Shown here one piece after another: positions 21,283 through 30,886 of a DNA stretch of 64,000 nucleotides. This stretch comes from Candidatus Micrarchaeota archaeon RBG_16_49_10 (GTDB lineage: Archaea > Aenigmatarchaeota > Aenigmatarchaeia > CG10238-14), in contig MFRS01000003.1 in assembly GCA_001784635.1 (NCBI GenBank), positions 30,777 to 94,776 of the forward strand, read 5' to 3'. Positions within the stretch are counted from its first letter, which is position 1. Every line of letters begins with the position of its first letter. The notes below the pieces were generated by a model. It ran no database searches. It was not told where the DNA came from and saw nothing but the letters and a program-made list of their open reading frames with translations. The position numbers and the translations under genes were made by a program.

Positions 21283-21391
21283 CGCTAAAATAGGCTCTTT
21301 CATTGTAGAAAGAAATTTGTGATGAGAATTTAAGTAAACAAATAAATTCTTAAATAAACAATCACTATTAAGTAATAAGGGGGGTAATTGG

Positions 21392-22216
21392 ATGTTGGCT
21401 TCTCCGGAAGTTATGGATGCACTAAAAGGGATTGGTCTTAATCTTTATGAAAGAAGGCTCTGGGTTGCTTTACTCGCGAAGGGGGTTGCTACTGCAGGCG
21501 AGCTGTCTGCGGTCGCCAATGTGCCCAGGTCAAGGAGTTATGATGTTCTTCAGACTTTGGCAGACAAAGGCTTCGTAATCGTCCAGACCTCCAAGCCACT
21601 TAGATATGTCGGAGTGGCCCCCAAAGAAGCCTTGGAGAAGTCAAAGAAGACGCTTGAGATGGATCTTACAGAGAGGATTACCAGGATTGAAAAGTTACAG
21701 GTCTCTTCCCTGGTGGAAGAACTGGAATCTATTCACCAACAGTCCCTACAGATAATATCGATGGAGGACATGACTGGGGCATTGAAGGGAAAATACTCTG
21801 TATTGCAGCAGATGGACTCTATGCTGAGGGATGCCTCTTCAACAATCAGTATAGTCACGACGCCCAACGGCCTAAATGAGCTGACGAACAACCATCTTAG
21901 CATACTGAAAAAGATGAAGGAGAAGGGGGTTAACATCAAGATTGCCGTGAATGCCAACGACAAGTGCGGCGATGCGATAAAGACATTGAGTGGCGTCGCC
22001 GAAATAAAGGACATAAGCTCTTCTTCCTCCCCTATTTTCGGGAACTTCTATGTCATCGACGATAAACAGCTGTCAATGGGCTTATCTGATCCTGAACAGG
22101 TCCATACATCCCAATATATGATGTTCTGGACAAAGTCGCAACACGCAGCCAAAAACCTGGGGCAGCCGATGTTCGATCTGGTCTGGAACCAAGGGAAGAA
22201 CGTGGGAAAGAAATAA
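21392..22216 (+). CDS. TrmB family transcriptional regulator
   Basis: LKGIGLNLYE...VPRSRSYDVLQTLADKGFV wHTH followed by a PLD-like effector domain. Confidence 0.9.
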   Translation: MLASPEVMDALKGIGLNLYERRLWVALLAKGVATAGELSAVANVPRSRSYDVLQTLADKGFVIVQTSKPLRYVGVAPKEALEKSKKTLEMDLTERITRIEKLQVSSLVEELESIHQQSLQIISMEDMTGALKGKYSVLQQMDSMLRDASSTISIVTTPNGLNELTNNHLSILKKMKEKGVNIKIAVNANDKCGDAIKTLSGVAEIKDISSSSSPIFGNFYVIDDKQLSMGLSDPEQVHTSQYMMFWTKSQHAAKNLGQPMFDLVWNQGKNVGKK

Positions 22217-22219
22217 AAT

Positions 22220-24121
22220 TCAGCCCACGAATATCGGCCTTTTTGAAAGCATTTTAGGCAATGACAGCTTCTTGAACGGCTTGTCTTTGACGTCTTCCTT
22301 TATTTTGTTTATTATGTCGTTGAATTTCATCTTGGACTCTTTGCTCTTTTCTGCCCTGATCCTGACGGTGAATTCACCGCCCTTTTTCTCCCTTTCCCCA
22401 ACCACCAGAATAAATGGGACCCATTCTAGTTCTGCGTCCCTGACCCTTTTTTGGACTGTCAAAGACCTGTCGTCAACGTCAGTCCTTATTTTCTCGCCTT
22501 CAAATTTACCCAGTAAATCTTTTGCTAAATCCAAATATTCGTCCTTCAATGGGATAATTCTGACTTGGGTTGGCGAAAGCCACAGAGGCAACTCGGGAAT
22601 TCCCCCTGCCTTTTGCTTGATGTATGCCCTCTCCAATAGTGCGTACATCACCCTCTCCACGGCCCCACTGGGGGAGCAGTGCAAAATGACGGGGTTTTCC
22701 TTTTTGCCCTCTTCATTGACGAAGTTTATATCATATCTGCTTGCGTTCTCAATGTCTATCTGGTCGGTTGACAAGGCTGCCGCCTTCTCCGAAGCGTCGA
22801 CGAAATTGAACTCGTATTTCAGGATAAAATAGAAAACCCTCTTGTCCCAAATTTCTATCAGGGCCGGCTTGCCGTGAAGCTTCATGAGAAGGTTGATGAA
22901 TTCCTTATGCTCGCCATAGAACTCTTTGGTGAACCTAATCGCCAACTCATACTCGCTCTTGTCAAGCCCTATGCCGCCCATAACTCCCTGGCACATCTTG
23001 AATCTCCTCTCGAACTCCTTAATCGCCTGTGGTATGTCTTGGCAGAAAGCGTGGCAATCGGGCATAGTGAAAGCCCTTAGACGCCTTAAACCCGCTAGTT
23101 CTCCTTCCTTCTCCCTCCTGAAGCTGTACCTTGTCAGCTCATAGAGCCAAAGTGGGAGGTTTTTGTACGAAATGTTCATGTCATGGGCCATAGTGAATTG
23201 GGCGAAGCAAGCCGCGAACTTCAGGAAAAATTCCCTGTCGCCAGATTTCACGATGTATTGCCTTGCCGGAAACTTGTTGAGGTACGATATCGCTGCCGGG
23301 TGGTCGACGCTAAACATGATAGGACCTTCCATCTCCATCGCCCCCTCGTCGATGACAGTCCTTGTCACGAAATCTTCGATAAGGGATTTCACCAACCTCC
23401 CTTTTGGGTAAAATCGCAAATTTCCAGGGTCGCTCGCGCTTTCATAGTCGGCCAACTCCAGCTCCCTCATTATTTTAATGTGCGCCGGGGGTTCCTTGAC
23501 TTCCCTGCTTTTGGCAATCTCGTATTTTGCGAATTTGGCCAGGTTTTCATGTTTCTTGAGGTCGAATTTGCCGTCCACGACCACCTTGCCGTCCTCGACA
23601 TGAATAGGCGTCATTTCACCGTTGGTTTCCATTATAAACCATTCGGAAACTATCTTTTCCTCTTCTTTTAAGGCATTAGACACTATTCCCTCTTTTTCCT
23701 TTTCAGCCGCAGCGCTGGTGATTGTTTTTGACTGTTCTGCCAGGGGATGCCCTTTTATCTTTAGCGAAAACTGTTTGTTCCATCCAAATGGGGCTCTGTG
23801 TACTTTTAAACCAGCTTTTTTAGCCTGCGCTTCCAAGACTTTAATCACCTTCAGAGCCTCGCTTGGCTTGGCCAAGTCGCTGCTCAAGTGCGAGAATGGG
23901 TAGATGAGTACCTCATCGCATTTTATCTGATTCAAGCTCTCTTTTACTTCCTTAACAGCCTTTTCTGCGACTTTTAAAGTGTCGTCTTTCTCTGTTGCGA
24001 CGAACAGGACAACTAGGTTCTCGTATTTTTGTTTCTTCTTTTCCGCCTCCTCGGCCATCTGGATTTCCTTCTTCAGCGGCTCGTACTCTATGAAGTCAAC
24101 ATGAAGTTGCAGTATTCTCAC
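22220..24121 (-). CDS. thrS: Threonine--tRNA ligase, archaeal type with N-terminal editing domain
   Basis: MRILQLHVD, YPFSHLS, APFGWNK, KGHPLAE, FAACF, RLRAFTMPDCH, HCSPSGAVER. Confidence 0.97.
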   Translation of the reverse strand: MRILQLHVDFIEYEPLKKEIQMAEEAEKKKQKYENLVVLFVATEKDDTLKVAEKAVKEVKESLNQIKCDEVLIYPFSHLSSDLAKPSEALKVIKVLEAQAKKAGLKVHRAPFGWNKQFSLKIKGHPLAEQSKTITSAAAEKEKEGIVSNALKEEEKIVSEWFIMETNGEMTPIHVEDGKVVVDGKFDLKKHENLAKFAKYEIAKSREVKEPPAHIKIMRELELADYESASDPGNLRFYPKGRLVKSLIEDFVTRTVIDEGAMEMEGPIMFSVDHPAAISYLNKFPARQYIVKSGDREFFLKFAACFAQFTMAHDMNISYKNLPLWLYELTRYSFRREKEGELAGLRRLRAFTMPDCHAFCQDIPQAIKEFERRFKMCQGVMGGIGLDKSEYELAIRFTKEFYGEHKEFINLLMKLHGKPALIEIWDKRVFYFILKYEFNFVDASEKAAALSTDQIDIENASRYDINFVNEEGKKENPVILHCSPSGAVERVMYALLERAYIKQKAGGIPELPLWLSPTQVRIIPLKDEYLDLAKDLLGKFEGEKIRTDVDDRSLTVQKRVRDAELEWVPFILVVGEREKKGGEFTVRIRAEKSKESKMKFNDIINKIKEDVKDKPFKKLSLPKMLSKRPIFVG

Positions 24122-24249
24122 ACAAACACCTCTTTTTAATTATTTGATATCAAACTTAAATTACATTCGAAATGTCAGCTATAATAACGTTATTGAAAGT
24201 GGTTGTATCCTTTGTTTTGAACTCTACCACCTTTTTCTTTTCATCCTCG

Positions 24250-24480
24250 TTATTCATCCAAATAACCTCCTATGAATGGTAGTGCGCTAGTCAAAAGATA
24301 ACCGTGGATTCTCTTAAAATCTTTTTCAATAGTGTCGTCTGGGTCAAACCTGTAATTTTGTGAAGTGCTAACCCTCCTGACAAATCTTTGGGCACCTTCA
24401 CGGCCATAAATTGAAATTAATCGCTGTTGGATAGTCAAACTCGGACTAGGATCTGGCCAACCACAATCGATATCAGTCAT
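24250..24480 (-). CDS. Hypothetical protein (ORFan)
   Basis: 76-aa ORF coupled to the upstream gene by an ATGA overlap. Confidence 0.45.
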   Translation of the reverse strand: MTDIDCGWPDPSPSLTIQQRLISIYGREGAQRFVRRVSTSQNYRFDPDDTIEKDFKRIHGYLLTSALPFIGGYLDE

Positions 24481-24749
24481 ATCAGCACCTCCAAAATGTT
24501 TGGCCTACCGGGGCTCCTGTCTTGAAGTATTATTTCGACATTTTTTCGTTCAAAGAGATCGAAAATACTGGAGTCGCACTTAGAATAGACATATTTAGAA
24601 AGAGAAACTTTTTTGACTTGGGGATGATTTTCTAAAATTAAGTCGGCCATTTTTCTGCTGACAAATTTTCTGAAGTGTACAGTTTTTATTTCAGAAGATA
24701 ATTTTGAAACGTCGGAATAACTAGAAATGGACAACTGTTTTACATTCAC
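24477..24749 (-). CDS. DUF1699-like small protein
   Basis: Pattern ISSYSDV..L..EIKTVHFR...HPQVKKVSL...GRP resembles the archaeal DUF1699 family (recalled similarity). Confidence 0.55.
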   Translation of the reverse strand: MNVKQLSISSYSDVSKLSSEIKTVHFRKFVSRKMADLILENHPQVKKVSLSKYVYSKCDSSIFDLFERKNVEIILQDRSPGRPNILEVLI

Positions 24750-24867
24750 CTTGTCCGACTTTCACCTACCATCCAAATCACTCTAAAAAATGAGGTTTTA
24801 AAGCTTATATAGGTTTTCAAATGTCATAGTTTCGTCTATAACCGCAAATCAAAAAAAATTAGTAAAG

Positions 24868-25335
24868 TCACGAATCGGAGCAAAAGTCACTTACAATAGC
24901 TTTGTTTAGACGGACAACATCCGCAACCTTTAATTCCACAACGAGGGATTTATCTCCACCCCCTCCGTACATTGTCTCGTACTGCAGGAATCTCTTATCT
25001 AGGCCAGTTCTCATCGGAACTAGATGATGGATAGGTGGTGTCTCCCCCGGTTCATAACCAGAGTAGTTTTTTGTCTCCTCAAAGGGAGCAAGATGCAATT
25101 TTTTCACACCAAAGCCTTTCCTAGCCTTTTCGAAGTTCATTTTACAGGGGCCTGGGATTATCACCAGATAGGCGTTTTTTTCTTCGTCAAGCAGCACCAG
25201 CGATTTGGCCAGTCTATTTGCATCCAAACCAGCTAATTCAGCCGACTCTAGAGTGTGCCCACTCTCTCTACTTTTAGTAATGAATCGGTGCCATATTTTG
25301 TTCTCTTCTAAAAATTTTTTTAAATTCATCGTCAT
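24868..25335 (-). CDS. YbaK/EbsC family aminoacyl-tRNA deacylase
   Basis: LAKSLVL (catalytic Lys), GYEPGETPP, D...YGGGG. Confidence 0.85.
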   Translation of the reverse strand: MTMNLKKFLEENKIWHRFITKSRESGHTLESAELAGLDANRLAKSLVLLDEEKNAYLVIIPGPCKMNFEKARKGFGVKKLHLAPFEETKNYSGYEPGETPPIHHLVPMRTGLDKRFLQYETMYGGGGDKSLVVELKVADVVRLNKAIVSDFCSDS

Positions 25336-25448
25336 TTAGTTGGCCTTTAGGATTTAAGCCCATTTCGGAATGTCACAAATTCTGCGTTATTATATATAAA
25401 ATACCATTATTTTTAATATTCTAAAAATTATCAAATTTTTGTGATTGT

Positions 25449-25781
25449 ATGGTGAATGTGAATTTTGTCGGCTTTGAGGGTTTTGAGGATATGCAAAAAA
25501 GTATAGAGGAAAAGGTTGATGGGTTTATAAAAAAGTTCGAAGTCCGTTATTCCGGTGAAAGTTTGGACTCTGTGAAGGCTTTCCACAAGAGTTTTGGTGC
25601 CAAAGGGGACCACACGGGCGAAATAAAATTCAATGTGGAGACGAGTTTTGGTGTGTTCAGGTCCGCAAAGATAGGGCACAAACCTTTGGACATGATTGAG
25701 GAGATTATCGAGGACGTCGAGAAACAGATAAGGACGAAAAAGGGGAGGTTGTTTACCGAAGAAAGGGGACGTAATGCCTAA
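25449..25781 (+). CDS. Putative HPF/RaiA-fold ribosome-associated protein
   Basis: Predicted beta-alpha-beta-beta-beta-alpha pattern ending LDMIEEIIEDVEKQIRTKK, like the HPF C-terminal helix. Confidence 0.5.
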   Translation: MVNVNFVGFEGFEDMQKSIEEKVDGFIKKFEVRYSGESLDSVKAFHKSFGAKGDHTGEIKFNVETSFGVFRSAKIGHKPLDMIEEIIEDVEKQIRTKKGRLFTEERGRNA

Positions 25782-25905
25782 TTTTTGATTTAAGAATGGT
25801 TTTATTTAAACGGCTTTCAGCAAGTATTAAAATTTAATAATGAAATAGGGTTCGTAGGAGAAAAAAATAAGAAGTTGGAAGATTTTATTAAGTATACAGC
25901 CCCGA

Positions 25906-26011
25906 AGCCCCGTAGAGGGTTAATCACTCGCGGAATCTAGTGGTCAAGGATATTGGGCTTTGGACAGTTGGAAGTTACCCAAGGACGGCGGTTCGAATCC
26001 GCCCGGGGCTA
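25906..26011 (+). tRNA. tRNA-Gln(TTG) with two introns: 20 nt at 10/11 (25916-25935) and 13 nt at 37/38 (25964-25976)
   Basis: Removing both introns gives AGCCCCG TA GTCT AGTGGTCA AGGAT A TTGGG CTTTGGA CCCAA GGAC GGCGG TTCGAAT CCGCC CGGGGCT A; both junctions fold into BHB/BHL motifs. Confidence 0.88.
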
Positions 26012-26024
26012 TTCTTGTGGTCTA

Positions 26025-26663
26025 ATGAACCAGAAACAAGTTTGGGATGCCATAGCCGATTCGTGGTCCAATGTTAGAGTGAAGCCATGCCCTGAAGTCG
26101 TTGAGTTTTCTAAAAGTGAGGTTAAAGGGCCTGTTCTGGATATAGGCTGCGGCAATTGCAGAAATCTGATTCCGTTCCTGGAGAAAGGGGAAAGGTGTTT
26201 TGGTCTCGATTTCTCTGAAAAAATGATTGAGATAGCCAGGAAGTTCCTTAAAAGGAGGGATTTTGAAGCGAGGCTGAAAGTTGGGGATATGACGGAGTTG
26301 CCGTTTGAAAATGACTCCATGGGCACAGTTATCTCAAACTCTGCGCTTCACTGCCTCACCAAAAGAGAGGATAGGCTGAAAGCCCTATTTGAAATGAAAA
26401 GGGTCTTGAAAAAGAATTCCATGATGCTTGTCAGTGTGTGGAGCCCCTACCACAAAAAGATCTTCTGGAAGGCGCTTTTGTCGTTGTTCACGAAGAACAG
26501 GCTAGAAGTTTGGGTGGACTGGGATTACCATGGGGAAAAATACAGTAGGTCCTACTATTTGTACACAAAAAAGAAAGTGAGGGAAGATATGAAATTTGCC
26601 GGGTTTAGTGTCGAAAAGGTGTGGCTCAGCAAAGGAAATGTATGGGTCTTGGCGAGAAGATGA
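26025..26663 (+). CDS. Class I SAM methyltransferase, Trm9-like tRNA cm5U34 methyltransferase
   Basis: VWDAIADSWSNVRVKP, LDIGCGN, ISNSALHCL..REDR, LVSVW, VWVDW and RSYYLY parallel Trm9/ALKBH8 motifs; the longer upstream start overlaps the tRNA. Confidence 0.8.
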   Translation: MNQKQVWDAIADSWSNVRVKPCPEVVEFSKSEVKGPVLDIGCGNCRNLIPFLEKGERCFGLDFSEKMIEIARKFLKRRDFEARLKVGDMTELPFENDSMGTVISNSALHCLTKREDRLKALFEMKRVLKKNSMMLVSVWSPYHKKIFWKALLSLFTKNRLEVWVDWDYHGEKYSRSYYLYTKKKVREDMKFAGFSVEKVWLSKGNVWVLARR

Positions 26664-27580
26664 AGTGCTCTTTTTGCAGCAAAAAATCCATTTATAGCAG
26701 GAAAAACGATGGTAGAGATTATTGCGAGAACCATTTCAGGAGGGACGTCGAGAAAAAAGTGAGGCGTACCCTCTCCAAATATAGGCTGGTGGTCCCTGAT
26801 GACAGGGTCGCTGTCGCCTTGTCCGGCGGGAAGGACAGCGCCAACATCCTTTATTTCCTGAAGAGGATATTCGGCGAAAACCCGAAGATAGAGGTTGCCG
26901 CCATAACGCTTGACCAGGGGATAAAAGGTGAGACAAGGAAGAATGTCAAGATAGCGAAGGATTTTTGCAGGAAGTTCGGGGTAGCGCACCACGTGTTCAC
27001 TTTCAAAGAGGAGTTCGGAATGACTGTGGACCAAGTAAAAAATAGGGACAAGGTAGGTTTCTGCGCTGCGTGTGGAGCCCTTAGAAGATACCTCATCAAC
27101 AAAAAGGCCAGGGAGTTGGGGTTCACGAAGGTTGCCACAGGGCACAATTTGGACGACGAGTGCCAAAGTATAATAATGAACCTCCTTAAGGGGGACTTGG
27201 TGAAACTCTCAAGAGTGGGGCCGATGCCAGGACTGATAAGGGATGGGAATTTCGTCCCTAGGATAAAGCCCTTGATTTTCGTTCAGGAAAGGGAGTCTAG
27301 GCTTTTTGCTGAACTCAACGGGATGGATGTCAATTACTGTGCATGCAAATACTCAAAGTTCAACGCCATGCGGGGAGAAACAAAGATATACCTCAACCGC
27401 CTAGAGGAGAGGGCTCCAGGCCTAAAATATAGCCTTATTGAAGCTTCCCTTAAAATGAATGCGATGCTAAAGGTGGGCTTTGAGGGTAAAACAATAGGTA
27501 AGTGCAAAAAATGTGGTGAGCCAACTAGTCAAGAATTGTGCAAGATATGCACAATCCTGGAGGGGGTTAAGACTAGTTGA
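26660..27580 (+). CDS. tRNA 2-thiolation protein Ncs6/NcsA/TtuA family (TIGR00269-like)
   Basis: N-terminal CxxC/CxxH, PP-loop SGGKDS, CAAC, GHNLDD, RIKPL, C-terminal CxxC...CxxC. Confidence 0.92.
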   Translation: MKCSFCSKKSIYSRKNDGRDYCENHFRRDVEKKVRRTLSKYRLVVPDDRVAVALSGGKDSANILYFLKRIFGENPKIEVAAITLDQGIKGETRKNVKIAKDFCRKFGVAHHVFTFKEEFGMTVDQVKNRDKVGFCAACGALRRYLINKKARELGFTKVATGHNLDDECQSIIMNLLKGDLVKLSRVGPMPGLIRDGNFVPRIKPLIFVQERESRLFAELNGMDVNYCACKYSKFNAMRGETKIYLNRLEERAPGLKYSLIEASLKMNAMLKVGFEGKTIGKCKKCGEPTSQELCKICTILEGVKTS

Positions 27581-27737
27581 CTTTAGCCTGAATGTCTTCA
27601 ATCCTTTCAGACAAAAAGCTGATTCTGTCCTGAAGAAACCTGACCTGTTTGACGTTTTTCGCAGAAAATAGCCTGCTTTTGGTGTCAAAAAGCTCTTCTT
27701 GGTAGAATCGCAACCTGTGCAAATCTCTTACATCCAT
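27573..27737 (-). CDS. Small hypothetical protein (54 aa, helical)
   Basis: Manual translation MDVRDLHRLRFYQEELFDTKSRLFSAKNVKQVRFLQDRISFLSERIEDIQAKVN*; GTGA SD and TATA-like sequence upstream; fills the intergenic gap. Confidence 0.55.
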   Translation of the reverse strand: MDVRDLHRLRFYQEELFDTKSRLFSAKNVKQVRFLQDRISFLSERIEDIQAKVN

Positions 27738-27837
27738 TTTATCACTTAATGGTAATATATAATTGAACTAGTATATAAATGTTACTACTATCTAATGCGA
27801 ATGTAGTAATAAATTAGAAAGAATTCTGTTATTGTAC

Positions 27838-29406
27838 ATGGACAAGAGTCGAGAATTTGCCGAAAAGATATTTGAAAAAATAAGAAAAAGTGAGGTAAAG
27901 GACAAGAAAAGCCTTGAAAAGGTTAAGAAGGCCGTTGGTAAATCTCTTGGTTTGAAGACAATACCCACGAATCCTGATATACTGCAGTTTGCCGACGAAA
28001 GGGAAATTGAAAAATTTTCCAAGATAGTGAACATAAAGCCGACGAGAACCATTTCCGGGGTTTCCGTAATCACCGTAGTGGCAAAACCGGCCCACTGTCC
28101 TGGAAAATGCATTTACTGCCCAAAAGGCGACAAGGCTCCGCAAAGTTACACTGGGCTGGAGCCGGCGATACAGCGGGGTATAAGGAACGGGTATGACCCC
28201 TTCCTGCAGACAAAGGACAGGCTTAATCAGTACAGAATAACAGGCCATCACTCTGATAAGGTGGAGATTATTATTCTAGGGGGGACTTTTCTAGCTCTGG
28301 ATCCTGAATACCAGGAGTGGTTTGTCAAGAGGATATTCGATGCCCTCAATGGAGAAGAAAGTGAGAGTTTAACAGACGCGCAAAGACTGAATGAGACCGG
28401 GAATCATAGGTGCGTTGGCTTGACTATTGAGACCAGACCGGACTACTGCTTCGAAAGCCATGTGAATCAGGTTTTGCTTCTTGGGGGAACCCGAGTGGAG
28501 ATAGGCGTCCAGACAATTTACCAAGAGATCCTTGAGAAGATAAAGAGGGGACATAGCGTGAAAGACACTGTAAAAGCCACTAAAGTCGCCAAAGAAAGCG
28601 CCTTAAAGTGCACCTACCACATCATGCCCGGGCTTTTTGTGGATAAAAAAGATGACATAAAACAGTTCAAAATCCTTTTTGAAGATTCAGACTATAGGCC
28701 CGATTCACTCAAGATATACCCGACTCTTGTAATCGAGAACACGGAACTCCATGATATGTGGAAGAGAGGCGATTATAACCCACTAGAGACCGAAGAGGCA
28801 GTGGATTTGATAGTCAAAGCCATGAAGTACATCCCGAAGTATTGCAGAGTTATCCGCGTCCAGCGGGACATACCTAACAACAAAGTCGTCAAGGGGGTTA
28901 TGAGCAGCAACTTGAGGGAGCTTGTCGAAGCGGAGTGCAGAAGGAGAAAGGTGAGGATACAGGAGATGAGATACAGGGAGGTTGGTCATAGAATAAAAAA
29001 TGGTATTGTGCCTAACCCTAATAAAATCGAGCTTTGCAGGCTGAATTACAATGCCTCTGGGGGTGAAGAGGTGTTTTTGAGTTTTGAAGATTCTGAAAAT
29101 GACGTTTTATTTGGCTTTTTGAGGCTTAGAATCCCTGAGAAGCCTTTTAGAAAGGAAATAGACATTAAAACTGCCTTGGTTAGGGAATTGCATGTTTTTG
29201 GTCCAACTGTACCTATAGGGAGAAGTGGGGAAGGTGGATGGCAACACAGGGGTTTGGGCCAAAGGCTATTGAAAGAGGCCGAAAGAATAGCCGCCGAGGA
29301 GTTTGACAAGAGAAAGGTCGCCGTTATAAGCGGCATCGGTGTGAGAGAGTATTACAAAAGGCTTGGTTATAAAAGAGACGGCCCGTACATGTCTAAAATT
29401 TTATAG
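27838..29406 (+). CDS. elp3: Elp3 tRNA U34 carboxymethyltransferase (radical SAM + GNAT)
   Basis: RTISGV, CPGKCIYCP, QSYTGLEPA, TIETRPD, RELHVFG, QHRGLG, ISGIGVREYY. Confidence 0.96.
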   Translation: MDKSREFAEKIFEKIRKSEVKDKKSLEKVKKAVGKSLGLKTIPTNPDILQFADEREIEKFSKIVNIKPTRTISGVSVITVVAKPAHCPGKCIYCPKGDKAPQSYTGLEPAIQRGIRNGYDPFLQTKDRLNQYRITGHHSDKVEIIILGGTFLALDPEYQEWFVKRIFDALNGEESESLTDAQRLNETGNHRCVGLTIETRPDYCFESHVNQVLLLGGTRVEIGVQTIYQEILEKIKRGHSVKDTVKATKVAKESALKCTYHIMPGLFVDKKDDIKQFKILFEDSDYRPDSLKIYPTLVIENTELHDMWKRGDYNPLETEEAVDLIVKAMKYIPKYCRVIRVQRDIPNNKVVKGVMSSNLRELVEAECRRRKVRIQEMRYREVGHRIKNGIVPNPNKIELCRLNYNASGGEEVFLSFEDSENDVLFGFLRLRIPEKPFRKEIDIKTALVRELHVFGPTVPIGRSGEGGWQHRGLGQRLLKEAERIAAEEFDKRKVAVISGIGVREYYKRLGYKRDGPYMSKIL

Positions 29407-29429
29407 TCCGAAACCCAAATATTATTTTA

Positions 29430-30851
29430 ATGGCGGAATTGCGAAAGATAATCACTGAGGTTCTCAGGGAAATCAAACCTACTAACGAGGAAAGGAAAAG
29501 GCTTGAGGCCCTGAGCTTGAAGGTCCTTGAAGTCGCTAAGGGGGAGGCGGGCCTTTACAAGGCGACATCCATACTTGCAGGCTCCCTGACAAGGGACACA
29601 TGGCTCCCGAGCAAAAAGGAGTTCGACCTTTTCGTGGTATTCCCAGAAAAGATGGGGGAGGACGAGCTCGAAAAAAATGGCCTCGAAGTGGGGAAAAGAA
29701 TAATCGAGAAGCTGGGCGGGAAGTGGAAGGTGGATTATGCCCAACACCCTTACATCACCGGAACTTTGGGGGATATAGACATAGACATAGTCCCCTGCTA
29801 TAAAGTCGAGTCTGGGAAAAAAATAAAGTCCGCTGTGGACAGGACGCCATTCCATGTCGAATATCTGAACAAAAGGCTACCAATAGAGCTCTCGGACCAT
29901 GTGAGATTACTCAAGCATTTCTTGAAAGCCAATGGTATATATGGGGCCGACTCGAAGACTGGTGGTTTTTCGGGCTACATATGCGAACTTTTGGTTATAA
30001 ATTATGGCACCTTTGAGGATTTCCTGAAGAATGTGAGCCGCTGGGATGCCGGGGAGATAATAGACATCGAGGGGCAGTGGCCTAAAAAGGACTATGAGAA
30101 GCTGAGGAAGAAATTCGAAAACCAAGTTCTGATTCTGATAGACCCTGTGGATAAGAACAGGAACGCTGCAGCTGCCGTCTCAGCAAACAGTCTTTTCAAA
30201 CTGAAAAAAATAGCCACAAACTTGCTAGACAATCCAGGCAAAACCCACTTCGAAAAAAAAGAGATGGCCCCACTGACGCAGAAAGAGGTCAAGAAAATTA
30301 TGGAAGAAAGGGGAACCGAACTTCTTGTGGTCAACTTCAAGCCGCCGAAGGTTGTTTCCGATATACTGTGGCCCCAGCTTAAGAGGTTTACGAAAAGGCT
30401 GGAGAATATAATGAACGAATATGAATTTTATGTACTGCGCAGCGACTTCTGGAGCAATGAGATAGACATGGCAACGGTGATACTTGAGCTGGAGGTGGGA
30501 AAAGTGTCGAAAGTGAACAAGAAGGTCGGCCCTTCAGTGTTCGACAAAAAGGGGTCGGAGAGCTTCATCAAAAAGTACAAAGGAGCCTGCGTCAACGGTC
30601 CTTTCATAGAGGAAGACTTCTGGTGCGCCGAGGTAAATAGGAAGTGGGACTTGGCCACGGACAAGCTGACCGACAGCCTGGAGGACGAGGTCACCATTCT
30701 GAAAGCGAAGGGTGTCCCCAACTACATCGCAGAGGAGTTGAAGGGTGGGTTTGAAATCCTAAAAGGTGAGAGTATCGCGGGTTTGATGAAGTACAGTAGT
30801 GATTTTGCCGTCTTCCTAAGGGGTTATTTCGAGAAGGAAGACCTATCCTAG
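29430..30851 (+). CDS. cca: CCA-adding enzyme, class I archaeal
   Basis: GSLTRDTWL...EFDLF, YAQHPY, DIVPCY, SAVDRTPFH, GGFSGY.CELL, DPVDKNRNAAA. Confidence 0.96.
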   Translation: MAELRKIITEVLREIKPTNEERKRLEALSLKVLEVAKGEAGLYKATSILAGSLTRDTWLPSKKEFDLFVVFPEKMGEDELEKNGLEVGKRIIEKLGGKWKVDYAQHPYITGTLGDIDIDIVPCYKVESGKKIKSAVDRTPFHVEYLNKRLPIELSDHVRLLKHFLKANGIYGADSKTGGFSGYICELLVINYGTFEDFLKNVSRWDAGEIIDIEGQWPKKDYEKLRKKFENQVLILIDPVDKNRNAAAAVSANSLFKLKKIATNLLDNPGKTHFEKKEMAPLTQKEVKKIMEERGTELLVVNFKPPKVVSDILWPQLKRFTKRLENIMNEYEFYVLRSDFWSNEIDMATVILELEVGKVSKVNKKVGPSVFDKKGSESFIKKYKGACVNGPFIEEDFWCAEVNRKWDLATDKLTDSLEDEVTILKAKGVPNYIAEELKGGFEILKGESIAGLMKYSSDFAVFLRGYFEKEDLS

Positions 30852-30886
30852 AAAGGTTTATTCTTTTATCTAATGTAATTAGTGTT

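Noticed and set aside
25953..26024. N-terminal extension of the methyltransferase ORF in the track
   Set aside because: It overlaps tRNA-Gln; the real start is ATG 26025
29430..30851. CCA enzyme catalytic motif EFD instead of DxD
   Set aside because: ExD occurs in functional archaeal class I CCA enzymes, so it is not evidence of inactivation
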